The notes under the pieces are model-generated. The model ran no database searches. It was not told the origin of the DNA and saw only the letters and a program-made list of their open reading frames with translations. The translations under genes were made by a program, and so were the position numbers. Below are positions 14,962 to 24,859 of a stretch of DNA of 64,000 bases, in pieces. The stretch's first letter is position 1; every line of letters starts with the position of its first letter. Source of the DNA: Synechococcus sp. (GTDB taxonomy: Bacteria; Cyanobacteriota; Cyanobacteriia; PCC-6307; Cyanobiaceae); NCBI GenBank assembly GCA_047285305.1, contig JBJBDL010000003.1, positions 1,088,001 to 1,152,000 on the forward strand, read 5' to 3'.

Positions 14962-15339
14962 TCAAAGGCGGCGGCGGAATCCGTCGTAGCGATCGGAGCG
15001 ATCACTCTCCTCTGCTTTGCTCAAGCGCCAGACGTTGCGGCTGACCCGGCGGGCGATAAGGCCACCGCGTTCCACCTTTTCCGTTCCAGGGCGGGCCCCT
15101 AGCAGCATGCTCACCTCCGCGGTGGTGAGGGGAGCACCGGTTTCGATGGCCAACGACGTCAGTTCCAGTCGTTGACGCAGCTGGCGCAGACGCTCACTGT
15201 CTGCATTTCCTGATGCCTCCAGCCAGGGCAGATCCACCTGGCCATCCTGCGCAAGCCGTTGCATCAGGCCGAAGCTCACCATCCCAAGGGCTTGATCAGC
15301 GTTGAGATCCACTGGCTTCAAAGAAGACTGCTCAGTCAT
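14962..15339 (-). CDS. Conserved picocyanobacterial hypothetical protein
   Basis: 125-aa ORF with host-like codon usage between chlN and csoS1D. Confidence 0.7.
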   Translation of the reverse strand: MTEQSSLKPVDLNADQALGMVSFGLMQRLAQDGQVDLPWLEASGNADSERLRQLRQRLELTSLAIETGAPLTTAEVSMLLGARPGTEKVERGGLIARRVSRNVWRLSKAEESDRSDRYDGFRRRL

Positions 15340-15457
15340 TGCAAGATCTCTAGAAGGGTTCTCCGGAAGTTATCGGCTGTTTTTCAAGGCGCAAGACCGC
15401 AGGCTCTAACTCTTTATTGGCCCGTTTCAGCTGAATTCGTCCGGTACACTCCCCGCC

Positions 15458-16243
15458 ATGACACGTTTTGCCAGCTTCGATGCTCGGGAGCGGCGACGCG
15501 GCGGTAGTGCTCTCGTCACCGGCACTGAGGTGACCCCCCAGCAAGGGGGGGCGAGCTGTGTTGTGACAACGGATTCGGAGTCGCCCCGGCTGTTGCGGCA
15601 GAACAGCCATGTGCAGTCGATCGAACTGCGCACCCACGTGTTCATCGACTCGCTGCAGCCGCAACTCGCGGCCTACATGGGTTCGGTGAGCCAAGGATTT
15701 CTGCCCATTCCTGGAGATGCCTGCCTCTGGATGGAGGTGTCACCAGGCATGGCGGTGCACCGGGTGACGGACATCGCACTGAAGGCCAGCAACGTTCGTC
15801 TCGGCCAGATGGTGGTGGAGCGGGCGTTCGGTTCGATGGCCCTTTACCACCGTGATCAGAGCACGGTGCTCCATTCCGGAGATGTGGTGCTGGAAGCGAT
15901 CGGGAGCACCATTGACCAGCGTTCTCCAGCCGATGTGAGCTGGACGGAAGTGATCCGGGCAATCACGCCCGACCATGCCGTGCTGATCAACCGGCAGAAC
16001 CGACGCGGCTCAATGATCGAAGCCGGGATGAGCATGTTCATCCTGGAGACGGAGCCGGCCGGATACGTGTTGATCGCTGCCAACGAAGCAGAAAAAGCCT
16101 CCAACATCACCTTGGTGGACGTGAAAGCGGTGGGTGCTTTCGGGCGTCTCACTCTTGCTGGACGGGAAGGTGATGTCGAAGAAGCGGCCGCGGCGGCGAT
16201 GCGCGCCATCGACCACATCAACAGCAACGCAAGGCTGCCCTGA
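15458..16243 (+). CDS. csoS1D: Tandem-BMC carboxysome shell protein
   Basis: [36 protein letters not shown]; lies upstream of the cso operon. Confidence 0.93.
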   Translation: MTRFASFDARERRRGGSALVTGTEVTPQQGGASCVVTTDSESPRLLRQNSHVQSIELRTHVFIDSLQPQLAAYMGSVSQGFLPIPGDACLWMEVSPGMAVHRVTDIALKASNVRLGQMVVERAFGSMALYHRDQSTVLHSGDVVLEAIGSTIDQRSPADVSWTEVIRAITPDHAVLINRQNRRGSMIEAGMSMFILETEPAGYVLIAANEAEKASNITLVDVKAVGAFGRLTLAGREGDVEEAAAAAMRAIDHINSNARLP

Positions 16244-16252
16244 GCGCACTGA

Positions 16253-16861
16253 TCAGCTCAGGTGCAGCAGCTCACGCAACTGTGGTGCCAGAGCTCGCGC
16301 CGCCTTCCCGCGGCTGCCAAGGCGGCTGAGCTGAGCCGCATTTAGTTCGCCGTAGGTGCAACGGGCTTCCCGCACCCAAAGCAGGGATTCGAATCCGCCG
16401 CCAGCGTAGGCCGGGGCGCTCAGGAGTTCGCCCCAGCAAATGCCCTCCGCCGCGGCACGACAGCTTCCGGAGGGATCACACAACACCATCGTGCTGCGGA
16501 AACAGGCACTCCGATAAGGCGAGCCAACCAGCTCGCTGAGGAGCCGCTGCACCTTGGCGTCGTTTCCATCGGCGTAACGGGCCGAATACAGGCCGGGTGC
16601 CCCTTGAAGAGCATCCACCTCAAGCCCTGAATCGTCAGCCAAGGCCCAGCAGCCGGTACGAAGAGCTGCAGCGCTGGCTTTCAGCTCAGCGTTCTCTTGG
16701 TAGGTGCCCCCCGTCTCTTCAACATCCAGATCGGCAGGTTGACGCTGCACGTCCAGGGGAAGCGGTCCCAGCATGGCCTCGATCTCAGCAACCTTGATCG
16801 GGTTGCCCGTGGCAATGGTGAGCTGAAGCGCCAAGGAGGACCGACAAAAGAGGGTCTCCAT
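16253..16861 (-). CDS. HAM1/RdgB non-canonical purine NTP pyrophosphatase
   Basis: IATGNPIKVAE, EETG, ENAELKA, ADDSGLEVDAL.GAPGLYSARY; start uncertain. Confidence 0.92.
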   Translation of the reverse strand: METLFCRSSLALQLTIATGNPIKVAEIEAMLGPLPLDVQRQPADLDVEETGGTYQENAELKASAAALRTGCWALADDSGLEVDALQGAPGLYSARYADGNDAKVQRLLSELVGSPYRSACFRSTMVLCDPSGSCRAAAEGICWGELLSAPAYAGGGFESLLWVREARCTYGELNAAQLSRLGSRGKAARALAPQLRELLHLS

Positions 16862-17066
16862 TGTGCGGGCTGGTTGGGGCTAGGAGCTAACAATCTCTGG
16901 ATTCGACCCAGCGACACCCAATTGGGTTGAACATTCCACCCCGCAGCAAGGCTTTGGGAGGGTGACGCAACGTGAACCTATGGACCTTCGCCACTGCCGA
17001 CAACGACTTGTGGGGATGTGATCACACGAACCACCACAGCAGATCGGAACAGTGAGGCAAAGGGTG

Positions 17067-17081
17067 ATAAGCCAGGCTTAT
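17067..17081. promoter_or_regulatory. Candidate LysR-type (CbbR/RbcR) operator upstream of the cso operon
   Basis: Perfect palindrome ATAAGCC-A-GGCTTAT containing T-N11-A, ~110 bp upstream of csoS1. Confidence 0.5.
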
Positions 17082-17190
17082 TTAGTTCACTATGGACAGT
17101 GATCGAGAAAGTCGTCCAAATCGCTTGACGAGAAGGGTTCTGGCGGAGCAATGTCCCCAGCGAACATTCCACCCCTTCTCCCGGTAGGCA

Positions 17191-17502
17191 ATGGCTAACG
17201 AAACCATGGGCATCGCCCTCGGCATGATCGAGACCCGCGGTCTGGTCCCCGCCATCGAGGCAGCTGATGCCATGACCAAGGCTGCCGAAGTGCGCCTGAT
17301 CGGTCGTGAGTTCGTCGGCGGCGGCTACGTCACCGTTCTGGTTCGCGGCGAAACTGGCGCTGTCAACGCTGCTGTGCGCGCTGGCGCTGACGCTTGCGAG
17401 CGCGTCGGTGACGGCCTGGTCGCAGCTCACATCATCGCCCGCCCACACCGCGAAGTGGAGCCTGCTCTGGGCAACGGCAACTTCCTTGGTCAGAAGGACT
17501 GA
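17191..17502 (+). CDS. csoS1: Major carboxysome shell hexamer
   Basis: ALGMIETRGLVPAIEAADAMTKAAEV...AHIIARPH. Confidence 0.97.
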   Translation: MANETMGIALGMIETRGLVPAIEAADAMTKAAEVRLIGREFVGGGYVTVLVRGETGAVNAAVRAGADACERVGDGLVAAHIIARPHREVEPALGNGNFLGQKD

Positions 17503-17573
17503 GATCTTCCGCTGAGCCTCTGACGAGGCACGCGAACGTCTCAACCTCTTCACCGACCTAACGGAATTTTCCT

Positions 17574-18989
17574 ATGAGCAAGAAGTACGACGCTGGGGTC
17601 AAGGAGTACAGGGATACCTACTGGACTCCTGATTACGTCCCCCTCGACACCGACCTGCTGGCCTGCTTCAAGTGCACCGGCCAAGAAGGTGTGCCCAAGG
17701 AAGAAGTTGCCGCTGCTGTGGCTGCTGAATCCTCCACCGGCACCTGGTCCACTGTGTGGTCCGAGCTCCTCACCGATCTCGACTTCTACAAGGGCCGTTG
17801 CTACCGCATCGAAGACGTCCCTGGTGACAAGGAGTCCTTCTATGCCTTCATCGCCTACCCCCTCGACCTGTTCGAAGAGGGTTCTATCACCAACGTTCTG
17901 ACCTCCCTGGTCGGCAACGTGTTCGGTTTTAAGGCTCTGCGCCACCTCCGTCTGGAAGACATCCGCTTCCCGATGGCCTTCATCAAGAGCTGCTACGGCC
18001 CGCCGAACGGCATCCAGGTCGAGCGCGACCGGATGAACAAGTACGGCCGTCCTCTGCTGGGTTGCACCATCAAGCCGAAGCTCGGCCTGAGCGGTAAGAA
18101 CTACGGGCGTGTTGTCTATGAGTGCCTGCGTGGCGGTCTGGACTTCACCAAGGACGACGAGAACATCAACTCCCAGCCCTTCCAGCGTTGGCAGAACCGT
18201 TTCGAATTCGTCGCGGAAGCCATCAAGCTGTCCGAGCAGGAGACCGGCGAGCGCAAGGGTCACTACCTCAATGTGACCGCCAACACTCCCGAGGAGATGT
18301 ACGAGCGCGCTGAGTTCGCCAAGGAACTCGGCATGCCGATCATCATGCACGACTTCATCACCGGTGGCTTCACGGCCAACACCGGTCTGTCGAAGTGGTG
18401 TCGCAAGAACGGCATGTTGCTGCACATCCACCGCGCCATGCACGCGGTGATCGACCGTCACCCCAAGCACGGCATCCACTTCCGCGTTCTCGCCAAGTGT
18501 CTGCGTCTGTCCGGTGGTGACCAGCTCCACACCGGCACCGTGGTCGGCAAGCTGGAAGGTGATCGTCAGACCACCCTCGGCTACATCGACCAGCTGCGCG
18601 AATCCTTCGTGCCCGAAGACCGCAGCCGCGGCAACTTCTTCGATCAGGACTGGGGTTCCATGCCTGGCGTGTTCGCCGTTGCTTCTGGCGGTATCCACGT
18701 GTGGCACATGCCCGCCCTGGTCACCATCTTCGGCGACGACTCCGTTCTTCAGTTCGGTGGTGGTACCCATGGTCACCCCTGGGGCTCCGCTGCAGGTGCT
18801 GCTGCCAACCGTGTGGCCCTCGAGGCCTGCGTCAAGGCACGCAACGCCGGCCGTCATCTCGAGAAAGAGAGCCGCGACATCCTCACGGAAGCCGCGAAGC
18901 ACAGCCCTGAGCTGGCCATCGCCCTCGAGACCTGGAAGGAGATCAAGTTCGAGTTCGACACCGTCGACAAGCTCGACGTCCAGAACTGA
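17574..18989 (+). CDS. cbbL: Rubisco large subunit, form IA
   Basis: [27 protein letters not shown]. Confidence 0.99.
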   Translation: MSKKYDAGVKEYRDTYWTPDYVPLDTDLLACFKCTGQEGVPKEEVAAAVAAESSTGTWSTVWSELLTDLDFYKGRCYRIEDVPGDKESFYAFIAYPLDLFEEGSITNVLTSLVGNVFGFKALRHLRLEDIRFPMAFIKSCYGPPNGIQVERDRMNKYGRPLLGCTIKPKLGLSGKNYGRVVYECLRGGLDFTKDDENINSQPFQRWQNRFEFVAEAIKLSEQETGERKGHYLNVTANTPEEMYERAEFAKELGMPIIMHDFITGGFTANTGLSKWCRKNGMLLHIHRAMHAVIDRHPKHGIHFRVLAKCLRLSGGDQLHTGTVVGKLEGDRQTTLGYIDQLRESFVPEDRSRGNFFDQDWGSMPGVFAVASGGIHVWHMPALVTIFGDDSVLQFGGGTHGHPWGSAAGAAANRVALEACVKARNAGRHLEKESRDILTEAAKHSPELAIALETWKEIKFEFDTVDKLDVQN

Positions 18990-18999
18990 TCGTCTCAAC

Positions 19000-19030
19000 G
19001 GCCGGTTGATGCAACCGGCCACCCCTTTTT
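19000..19030 (+). other. Intergenic stem-loop between cbbL and cbbS
   Basis: GGCCGGTTG-ATG-CAACCGGCC followed by a C/T run. Confidence 0.55.
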
Positions 19031-19048
19031 CTTACACCCAGGATCCCC

Positions 19049-19390
19049 ATGCCTTTCCAGAGCACCGTGGGTGACTATCAAACAGTCGCCACCCTGGAGA
19101 CTTTCGGCTTCCTCCCGCCGATGACCCAGGACGAGATCTACGACCAGATCGCCTACATCATTGCCCAGGGTTGGAGCCCGCTCGTTGAGCACGTCCACCC
19201 CAGCAATTCCATGGCCACCTACTGGTCGTATTGGAAGCTCCCCTTCTTCGGTGAGAAGGATCTGAACGTCGTTGTCAGTGAGCTCGAGGCTTGCCATCGC
19301 GCATACCCCGATCACCACGTGCGCATCGTCGGTTACGACGCCTACACCCAAAGCCAGGGTGCCTGCTTCGTGGTCTTCGAAGGACGCTGA
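19049..19390 (+). CDS. cbbS: Rubisco small subunit
   Basis: LETFGFLPP, YWSYWKLPFFG, RIVGYD. Confidence 0.99.
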   Translation: MPFQSTVGDYQTVATLETFGFLPPMTQDEIYDQIAYIIAQGWSPLVEHVHPSNSMATYWSYWKLPFFGEKDLNVVVSELEACHRAYPDHHVRIVGYDAYTQSQGACFVVFEGR

Positions 19391-19410
19391 TCCTTCGAAC
19401 CCATGGTTCC

Positions 19411-19442
19411 GAGCCCTGACCTGATCAGGGCTCCAGCTTTTT
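19411..19442 (+). terminator. Stem-loop or partial terminator between cbbS and csoS2
   Basis: GAGCCCTGA...TCAGGGCTC followed by CAGCTTTTT. Confidence 0.55.
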
Positions 19443-19491
19443 CCGGAGGGGCAAGTGCCCTTCCACCTCACGACGACATCCTCGGGCGGAC

Positions 19492-21840
19492 ATGGCAAGA
19501 CTCTCCAGTCGCGAACTCGCACTTGAACGCCGCAAGGCGCTGACCACTTCCGGTAAGAAGTCCTCGGTAGCGGCTGGTGATGGCGCCAACCGTGTTCGCA
19601 CCGTTGATGATGCCCGTCCCACCCGCACCAACGCGGCCGCTCCTGCTGAGCCTGCCTCTGCAACTGCCACCCCCGCTGCCGTAGCTCCGCAGCGGACCAC
19701 GTCGTTTGCAGCTGCTCCCGCAATCCGCAGCTCTCAGGTCAAGCCCCATCGCGATCCCAGCCGCGAATTGGTGCTCGCCCGTCGTGATGCCCTGTCCCGC
19801 CGCGGCAAGACTGCCGACACCAGCCGCGATCGCAACCGCGCAGATGTGGCCCGTCAGACCCAAGCCGCTGCACCTGCTGAAACCACCAAGAGCTGCGGCT
19901 GCGGTGGCAAGCGTGCCGTTGAAAAGGCTTCTCTCAGTGCACCGGCCCCCAAGTTCTCTGCCCGTTCGGAGCGCCGTTCGGCTACTCCCAAGCGTCGTGC
20001 CATCGAGAACCCCAGTCGCGCGCTGGTGCTGGCCCGTCGTGAAGCCATGGCGAAGCATGGCAAAACCGCTGGCAAGCAACCCACCAGTGCGGCAGCCGTT
20101 GCCCGTCAGGCCAACCCTGACCTCACCAGCCGTGAATTGGCTCAACAGGTGCGCGAGCTGCGCACCAAGGCCGGCGCCCGCAACAAGCAAAGCGCTGGTG
20201 TGACCCGCCCTACCGGTCCCAACCGCCACGGCGCCAAGCAAGCCGCTGCTGCTGATGCTCACTGGAAGGTGGGTGAAAGCACCACCACAGGCGGCCAGAC
20301 AGTGACCGGCACCCAGGCCAACCGCTCGGTGAAAACCACCGGCAACGAGGCGAGCACCTGTCGTTCGATCACCGGTACCGAGTACCTGGGCTCCGAAGTC
20401 TTCCAGACCTTCTGTCAGACCACTCCCGCTGCAACAACTCCGGCCAAGGTGCGCATCACCGCCACCAGCCACGGCAACCGCATCACCGGTAATGAAGTCG
20501 GCCGTTCCGAAAAGGTCACCGGCGATGAGCCCGGCACCTGCAAGAGCGTGACCGGCACCGAGTACATCTCCGCCAATCAGTCGGCTGCTTACTGCGGTGG
20601 TGGTACGACCTCCCCGCGCAAGGTGGGCCACAGCCTCACCGAACAGGGCCGTCCTGTGAGTGGCGTGATGGTTGGCCGCTCCGCCAGCGTCACCGGTGAT
20701 GAAGCTGGTGCCAACCGCAGCCTCACCGGCGATCAATACCTGGGTTCGGATCCCCTGCCCGAAGGTCGTCCTGCCGCCAAGGTAGGCCTTTCCGGAACCC
20801 TCTCCGGCACTGGCGTGACCGGCACCATGGTGGGCCGTTCGGCTCAGGTCACCGGTGATGAGTTCGGCTCCTGCCACCGCGTGACGGGTGATCAGTACAT
20901 CAGTGCAGAGCAGGTGAATGCCTTCTGTGGTTCCAAGCCCGAACCCGAAGCAGCCAAAGTTGGTTTCAGCGTCACTAACCGCAACCAGGTGGTGAGCGGC
21001 ACCCGCACGGGTCGTTCGGAGAACGTGACGGGCGATGAGCCTGGCAGCTGCCAGGCCGTCACCGGCACCCCCTATGCAGGTCTTGAGCAGGCCGGCCAAC
21101 ACTGCGGGACCCCTGCTGTTCAGGCCATCCGTGAGCGCACGCCTGTGCGTGTCGGCACCCCTTCCGCAGCTATGACGGGCATCCAACCAGGTGTGGGTGG
21201 TGTGATGACCGGCGACAAGCGTGGCGCTTGTGAAGCAGTCACCGGCACCCCCTACGTGGGTGCTGATCAGCTGGCCGCTGCCTGCGGTGCTGATGCTCCC
21301 GCTGGAACCGATACCCACGGCCAAGCTCCTGAGGGTGCTGCCTGGACTCGCTTCAGCGTGGTGTCTCCCGCCCGTGCTGCCCAACAGCAACGTGAGGCCG
21401 CGTCCGGTGTGACTGGTACCTCCTATGAACAGGGGAATCGCATTACTGGCCCTTTTGACATGGCTGGCGGCAAGGTGACCGGTACCGAGCAATTCCGCTT
21501 CGACAACCGCGAGTTCCAGAACCGTCAGCAGCGACAGTTCCAGCCCACCGTGGCTGTGGTCAGCGAGCCTTCAGAGAAGCCTGCATCCCGGGTGACCGGC
21601 GAGGGCTCCTCCACCAAGATCACTGGTGACGACTGGGATCGTGGTGAGCACGTGACCGGTACTGAGGGTGCTTCGGCCCGCCGTCGTAACCCCAGCCGCC
21701 CCGGCCCGATGAGTGCCATGGCTCCTTACGAGCGCAAGCGCAACGAAGAGACCGAATGGCCTGTGAGCCGCGTGACCGGTTCCAGCGGCAACACCGAGAA
21801 GGGTTCTCTGATCACCGTCTCCGGCGGCGCACGGGGCTGA
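19492..21840 (+). CDS. csoS2: Carboxysome scaffold protein
   Basis: Four N-terminal SR..LARR...GK repeats, many [VI]TG M-repeats, C-terminal LITVSGGARG. Confidence 0.97.
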   Translation: MARLSSRELALERRKALTTSGKKSSVAAGDGANRVRTVDDARPTRTNAAAPAEPASATATPAAVAPQRTTSFAAAPAIRSSQVKPHRDPSRELVLARRDALSRRGKTADTSRDRNRADVARQTQAAAPAETTKSCGCGGKRAVEKASLSAPAPKFSARSERRSATPKRRAIENPSRALVLARREAMAKHGKTAGKQPTSAAAVARQANPDLTSRELAQQVRELRTKAGARNKQSAGVTRPTGPNRHGAKQAAAADAHWKVGESTTTGGQTVTGTQANRSVKTTGNEASTCRSITGTEYLGSEVFQTFCQTTPAATTPAKVRITATSHGNRITGNEVGRSEKVTGDEPGTCKSVTGTEYISANQSAAYCGGGTTSPRKVGHSLTEQGRPVSGVMVGRSASVTGDEAGANRSLTGDQYLGSDPLPEGRPAAKVGLSGTLSGTGVTGTMVGRSAQVTGDEFGSCHRVTGDQYISAEQVNAFCGSKPEPEAAKVGFSVTNRNQVVSGTRTGRSENVTGDEPGSCQAVTGTPYAGLEQAGQHCGTPAVQAIRERTPVRVGTPSAAMTGIQPGVGGVMTGDKRGACEAVTGTPYVGADQLAAACGADAPAGTDTHGQAPEGAAWTRFSVVSPARAAQQQREAASGVTGTSYEQGNRITGPFDMAGGKVTGTEQFRFDNREFQNRQQRQFQPTVAVVSEPSEKPASRVTGEGSSTKITGDDWDRGEHVTGTEGASARRRNPSRPGPMSAMAPYERKRNEETEWPVSRVTGSSGNTEKGSLITVSGGARG

Positions 21841-21847
21841 TTCATTG

Positions 21848-23593
21848 ATGGTTCGCTCCAAGCCTCTCCGTGGCGGGCGACCTCAGGCCCCCTCTGCACC
21901 CACCCGTCGTCAGCTTCAACAGCTGGCCACAACTTCTGATTCCGTTCAGACCACGTCTGAAGTGGAGTCCTCCACCCGCAAGGCCGCTCTGGATCGGCGC
22001 CGTGCCCTCACCACCACGGGCAAGGCCGCTCAACTGGGCGGCGCCCTGGTTGGTGGTGGCCGAATTCGCTCCAGCAAGGACGTTCAGCGCCCTGCTCCCT
22101 CTCAGCCAGGCTGGGTCCGACGTGAGAAGGCAGCCACCCGGGCGGTTCCTTTCAATCTGAGCCGCAGCTCTCTGCCAATCACCCATAGGCGCCATCCGTT
22201 GACGGATGCATCGGCAAATGCCCGTCTTCAGGCCTACGAGCAGGAGATCAAGGGCCGCTTTGATCGGATCGTTCCCCTGCTTCAGCAGGTTTCAGCGCTT
22301 CAGCACGAAACCGATTTCATTCCCCAAGCCCAGCGGTTGTGCCGTGCCGAGCTCGGCTTTGATCTGCCTGATCACATCCTGCAGCGGGCCTGGGTGCGCC
22401 CCCTCGATATGCGCGCCCTGTTCGCCTGGTGTGTATTCGAAAGCCACCGTCTGTTCAGTGATCGCTTCTTCCAGGACGATCCCCTGGATGCCGGTACGGA
22501 CAGTGCTGCCTCCCGGGAGTTTGAACAGTTCTTGCTCGACTGTGGGATCCATCTTCTGGACCTGACGCCCTGTGCCGATGGTCGGTTGGCCCACACCGTG
22601 GCCTATGCCCTGCGCATTCCCTTCAGCGCTGTCCGTCGCCGATCCCACGCTGGCGCCATGTTCGACGTGGAGAAAACGGTGAACCGCTGGGTCAAAACCG
22701 AGCACCGCCGCTACCGCGAAGGTTCACCCAATCCCTCCACGGAACCGACCCGTTACCTGAAGGTGGTGACATACCACTTCAGTTCCCTCGATCCCTCCCA
22801 TCAGGGCTGCGCTGCCCATGGCAGCAATGACGAACTTGCGGCAGCGGCGGGTCATCAACGCCTGCTCGACTTCCGTGAGTCGGTGGAAAACAGCTTCTGT
22901 TGCGGTGCCTCCGTTGATCTTCTGCTGATCGGCCTCGACACCGACACCGATGCGATCCGGGTGCATCCCCCAAGCCGTGACAGCGAGATGGTGCTCGACC
23001 GTTGGCTCTGCGCCAGGGAACTGCATGCTGCTACGGCATCGATGAGTGCTGATCAAGCGATGGCACAGATTGCTGAAGCCGTTGAGAGCTCTGCTCCTGG
23101 CCCCATGGATGCCGGGATGGTGTCGTTCCTGACCCGCTTGCTCGCCAAGAACTTCTCCCAGATCGACTACGTGCAGGATCTGCACGGGGGCACATACCCG
23201 GATGCTGGGCACGCAGAGCGTTTCATTGGCGTTGGCATCGGTTTTAAAGAGGTGCATCTGCGCAACCTCACGTATTTCGCCCACCTCGACACCGTCGAGG
23301 AGGGCGCGCCTGATCTCGATGTGGGCGTGAAAATTTTCACAGGTCTGAATGTGTCCCGGGATCTGCCGATTCCGGTTGTGGTGCGTTTCGACTATTCCGG
23401 CCGTGTGCCTGGTGCTCGGGAACGGGCCCTCGCTGATTGCCAACGTGTGAACCAGGCCATCGCCGATCGTTACGCAGCTCTCGTTGATGAGGGTCTGCTC
23501 CACACTTGTCTCACTATTCGCGACCGCAACCAGACGGCTCCGGCCGAGGTCGTCGGTTCCACGCTCGACCCGCAACTTCCGGAGGCTCACTGA
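21848..23593 (+). CDS. csoSCA: Carboxysomal carbonic anhydrase
   Basis: PCADGRL, HFS..DP..QGCAAHGSN, HAERFIGVG. Confidence 0.96.
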   Translation: MVRSKPLRGGRPQAPSAPTRRQLQQLATTSDSVQTTSEVESSTRKAALDRRRALTTTGKAAQLGGALVGGGRIRSSKDVQRPAPSQPGWVRREKAATRAVPFNLSRSSLPITHRRHPLTDASANARLQAYEQEIKGRFDRIVPLLQQVSALQHETDFIPQAQRLCRAELGFDLPDHILQRAWVRPLDMRALFAWCVFESHRLFSDRFFQDDPLDAGTDSAASREFEQFLLDCGIHLLDLTPCADGRLAHTVAYALRIPFSAVRRRSHAGAMFDVEKTVNRWVKTEHRRYREGSPNPSTEPTRYLKVVTYHFSSLDPSHQGCAAHGSNDELAAAAGHQRLLDFRESVENSFCCGASVDLLLIGLDTDTDAIRVHPPSRDSEMVLDRWLCARELHAATASMSADQAMAQIAEAVESSAPGPMDAGMVSFLTRLLAKNFSQIDYVQDLHGGTYPDAGHAERFIGVGIGFKEVHLRNLTYFAHLDTVEEGAPDLDVGVKIFTGLNVSRDLPIPVVVRFDYSGRVPGARERALADCQRVNQAIADRYAALVDEGLLHTCLTIRDRNQTAPAEVVGSTLDPQLPEAH

Positions 23594-23595
23594 TC

Positions 23596-23907
23596 ATGCT
23601 CATCGTCAAGGTCGTCAAGCCGCTCGTTTCCACCAACCGGATCCCTGATTTTGAGCACAAGCACCTCCAGGTGGTTCTGGATGGCAGCACCAAGAAGGTG
23701 GCCGTCGATGCGGTGGGTGCGAAACCTGGTGACTGGGTGATCTGCGTCAGCAGCTCGGCAGCCCGTGAAGCTGCCGGCAGCAAGTCGTATCCCAGTGACC
23801 TCACAATCGTGGGGATCATCGACCACTGGGAACCCGACCCCCCGAAGCCCTCTGCTCCCTCTCCATCCCCCAGCCCCAGCAAACCCGCGGGAGGCAATCC
23901 CAGCTGA
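23596..23907 (+). CDS. csoS4A: Carboxysome pentamer A
   Basis: LVSTNRIP, VAVDAVG, SSAAREAAG, DLTIVGIIDHW; Pro/Ser-rich tail. Confidence 0.95.
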   Translation: MLIVKVVKPLVSTNRIPDFEHKHLQVVLDGSTKKVAVDAVGAKPGDWVICVSSSAAREAAGSKSYPSDLTIVGIIDHWEPDPPKPSAPSPSPSPSKPAGGNPS

Positions 23908-24158
23908 TGGAGATCATGCAGGTGATGGGAACGCTGGTCTGCTCCTACCGGGTTGCCGGTCTGGATCACATGCACTTGCGCATTCTCAAGAACAACAAGG
24001 GCAAGAAGCTTGTGGCCGTTGACCCCGTGGGTGCCCGTGAGGGCAACTGGGTGTTCACCGCCAGCGGTTCGGCTGCCCGGCATGCCTGCCCTGACAACAC
24101 CGTTCTCACCGATCTCACCATCGGTGGCATCATCGATTTTTGGAATCCGGACGGATAG
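23907..24158 (+). CDS. csoS4B: Carboxysome pentamer B
   Basis: MEIMQV, VAVDPVG, SGSAAR, TDLTIGGIIDFW. Confidence 0.95.
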   Translation: MEIMQVMGTLVCSYRVAGLDHMHLRILKNNKGKKLVAVDPVGAREGNWVFTASGSAARHACPDNTVLTDLTIGGIIDFWNPDG

Positions 24159-24211
24159 GGATCCTTCATTTCCCTCCGCCGTTTCCGTTCCGCTTCCACA
24201 CCTACCAATCC

Positions 24212-24748
24212 ATGGCCACTCCTTCCCCCACCCCCCGTCGTCGCACCACCCGCAGCACTGCTGCGGCGAATAAGACCGTGGAAGTGAAGCCTGTGGCTAG
24301 CACCTCTGCTCCAGCGTCGACTACCGCCAAGGCAGCTCCTGCTTCAACGACCCGTCGTGCGTCCACTACAACGCGTCGCAGCAGCGCTTCAAACACCGGA
24401 TCCGACGGCGGCTCAGCCGTGACCAAGCCCCCTGCCACCCCTTCCTCCATCGTTCCAGGTGTGGCGCTGGGCATGATCGAAACCCGAGGCATGGTTCCTG
24501 CCATTGAGGCAGCCGATGCCATGACCAAGGCTGCTGAGGTGAGCTTGATCTGCCGTGAGTACGTGGGTGGTGGCTACGTCACGGTGATGGTGCGTGGTGA
24601 AACCGGTGCGGTGAATGCCGCGGTTCGTGCCGGTGCCGATGCCTGCGAGCGCGTGGGCGACGGCCTCGTTGCTGCTCACATCATTGCCCGTCCCCATAAA
24701 GAGGTGGAGCCGGTGTTAGCTGGCAGTGGTGCAGCTCGCCGCAGCTGA
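24212..24748 (+). CDS. csoS1E: BMC shell protein with long disordered N-terminus
   Basis: Thr/Ser/Arg-rich ~80-aa extension followed by a CsoS1-like BMC domain. Confidence 0.88.
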   Translation: MATPSPTPRRRTTRSTAAANKTVEVKPVASTSAPASTTAKAAPASTTRRASTTTRRSSASNTGSDGGSAVTKPPATPSSIVPGVALGMIETRGMVPAIEAADAMTKAAEVSLICREYVGGGYVTVMVRGETGAVNAAVRAGADACERVGDGLVAAHIIARPHKEVEPVLAGSGAARRS

Positions 24749-24859
24749 CGGCATAAAAGCCTCCTCACAGCCGTTCACAAAGAGCCCTTTTGCTCCTGAC
24801 CGGCTCCTAGATTCGCCGGCCAACCAGCGACCAGCTCGATCACCATCCCGCTCGCCGTT

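Noticed and set aside
20951..20960. Possible CsoS2 -1 ribosomal frameshift site (GCCAAAG)
   Set aside because: It reads GCC AAA GTT in frame and does not match the C CCA AAG slippery phase described for Halothiobacillus csoS2.
17550..21492. Long antisense ORFs (17550..19022 and 19468..21492)
   Set aside because: They are shadows of strongly codon-biased cbbL and csoS2 and show no recognisable protein motifs.
20280..21830. Periodic (GT/AT)CACCGG repeats as a possible CRISPR or DNA repeat array
   Set aside because: They encode the known [VI]TG repeats of CsoS2; there are no identical repeats with unique spacers and no cas genes.
24460..24720. Near-duplicate of csoS1 as a recent duplication
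   Set aside because: Explained by the ordinary CsoS1E paralog, with many synonymous differences.
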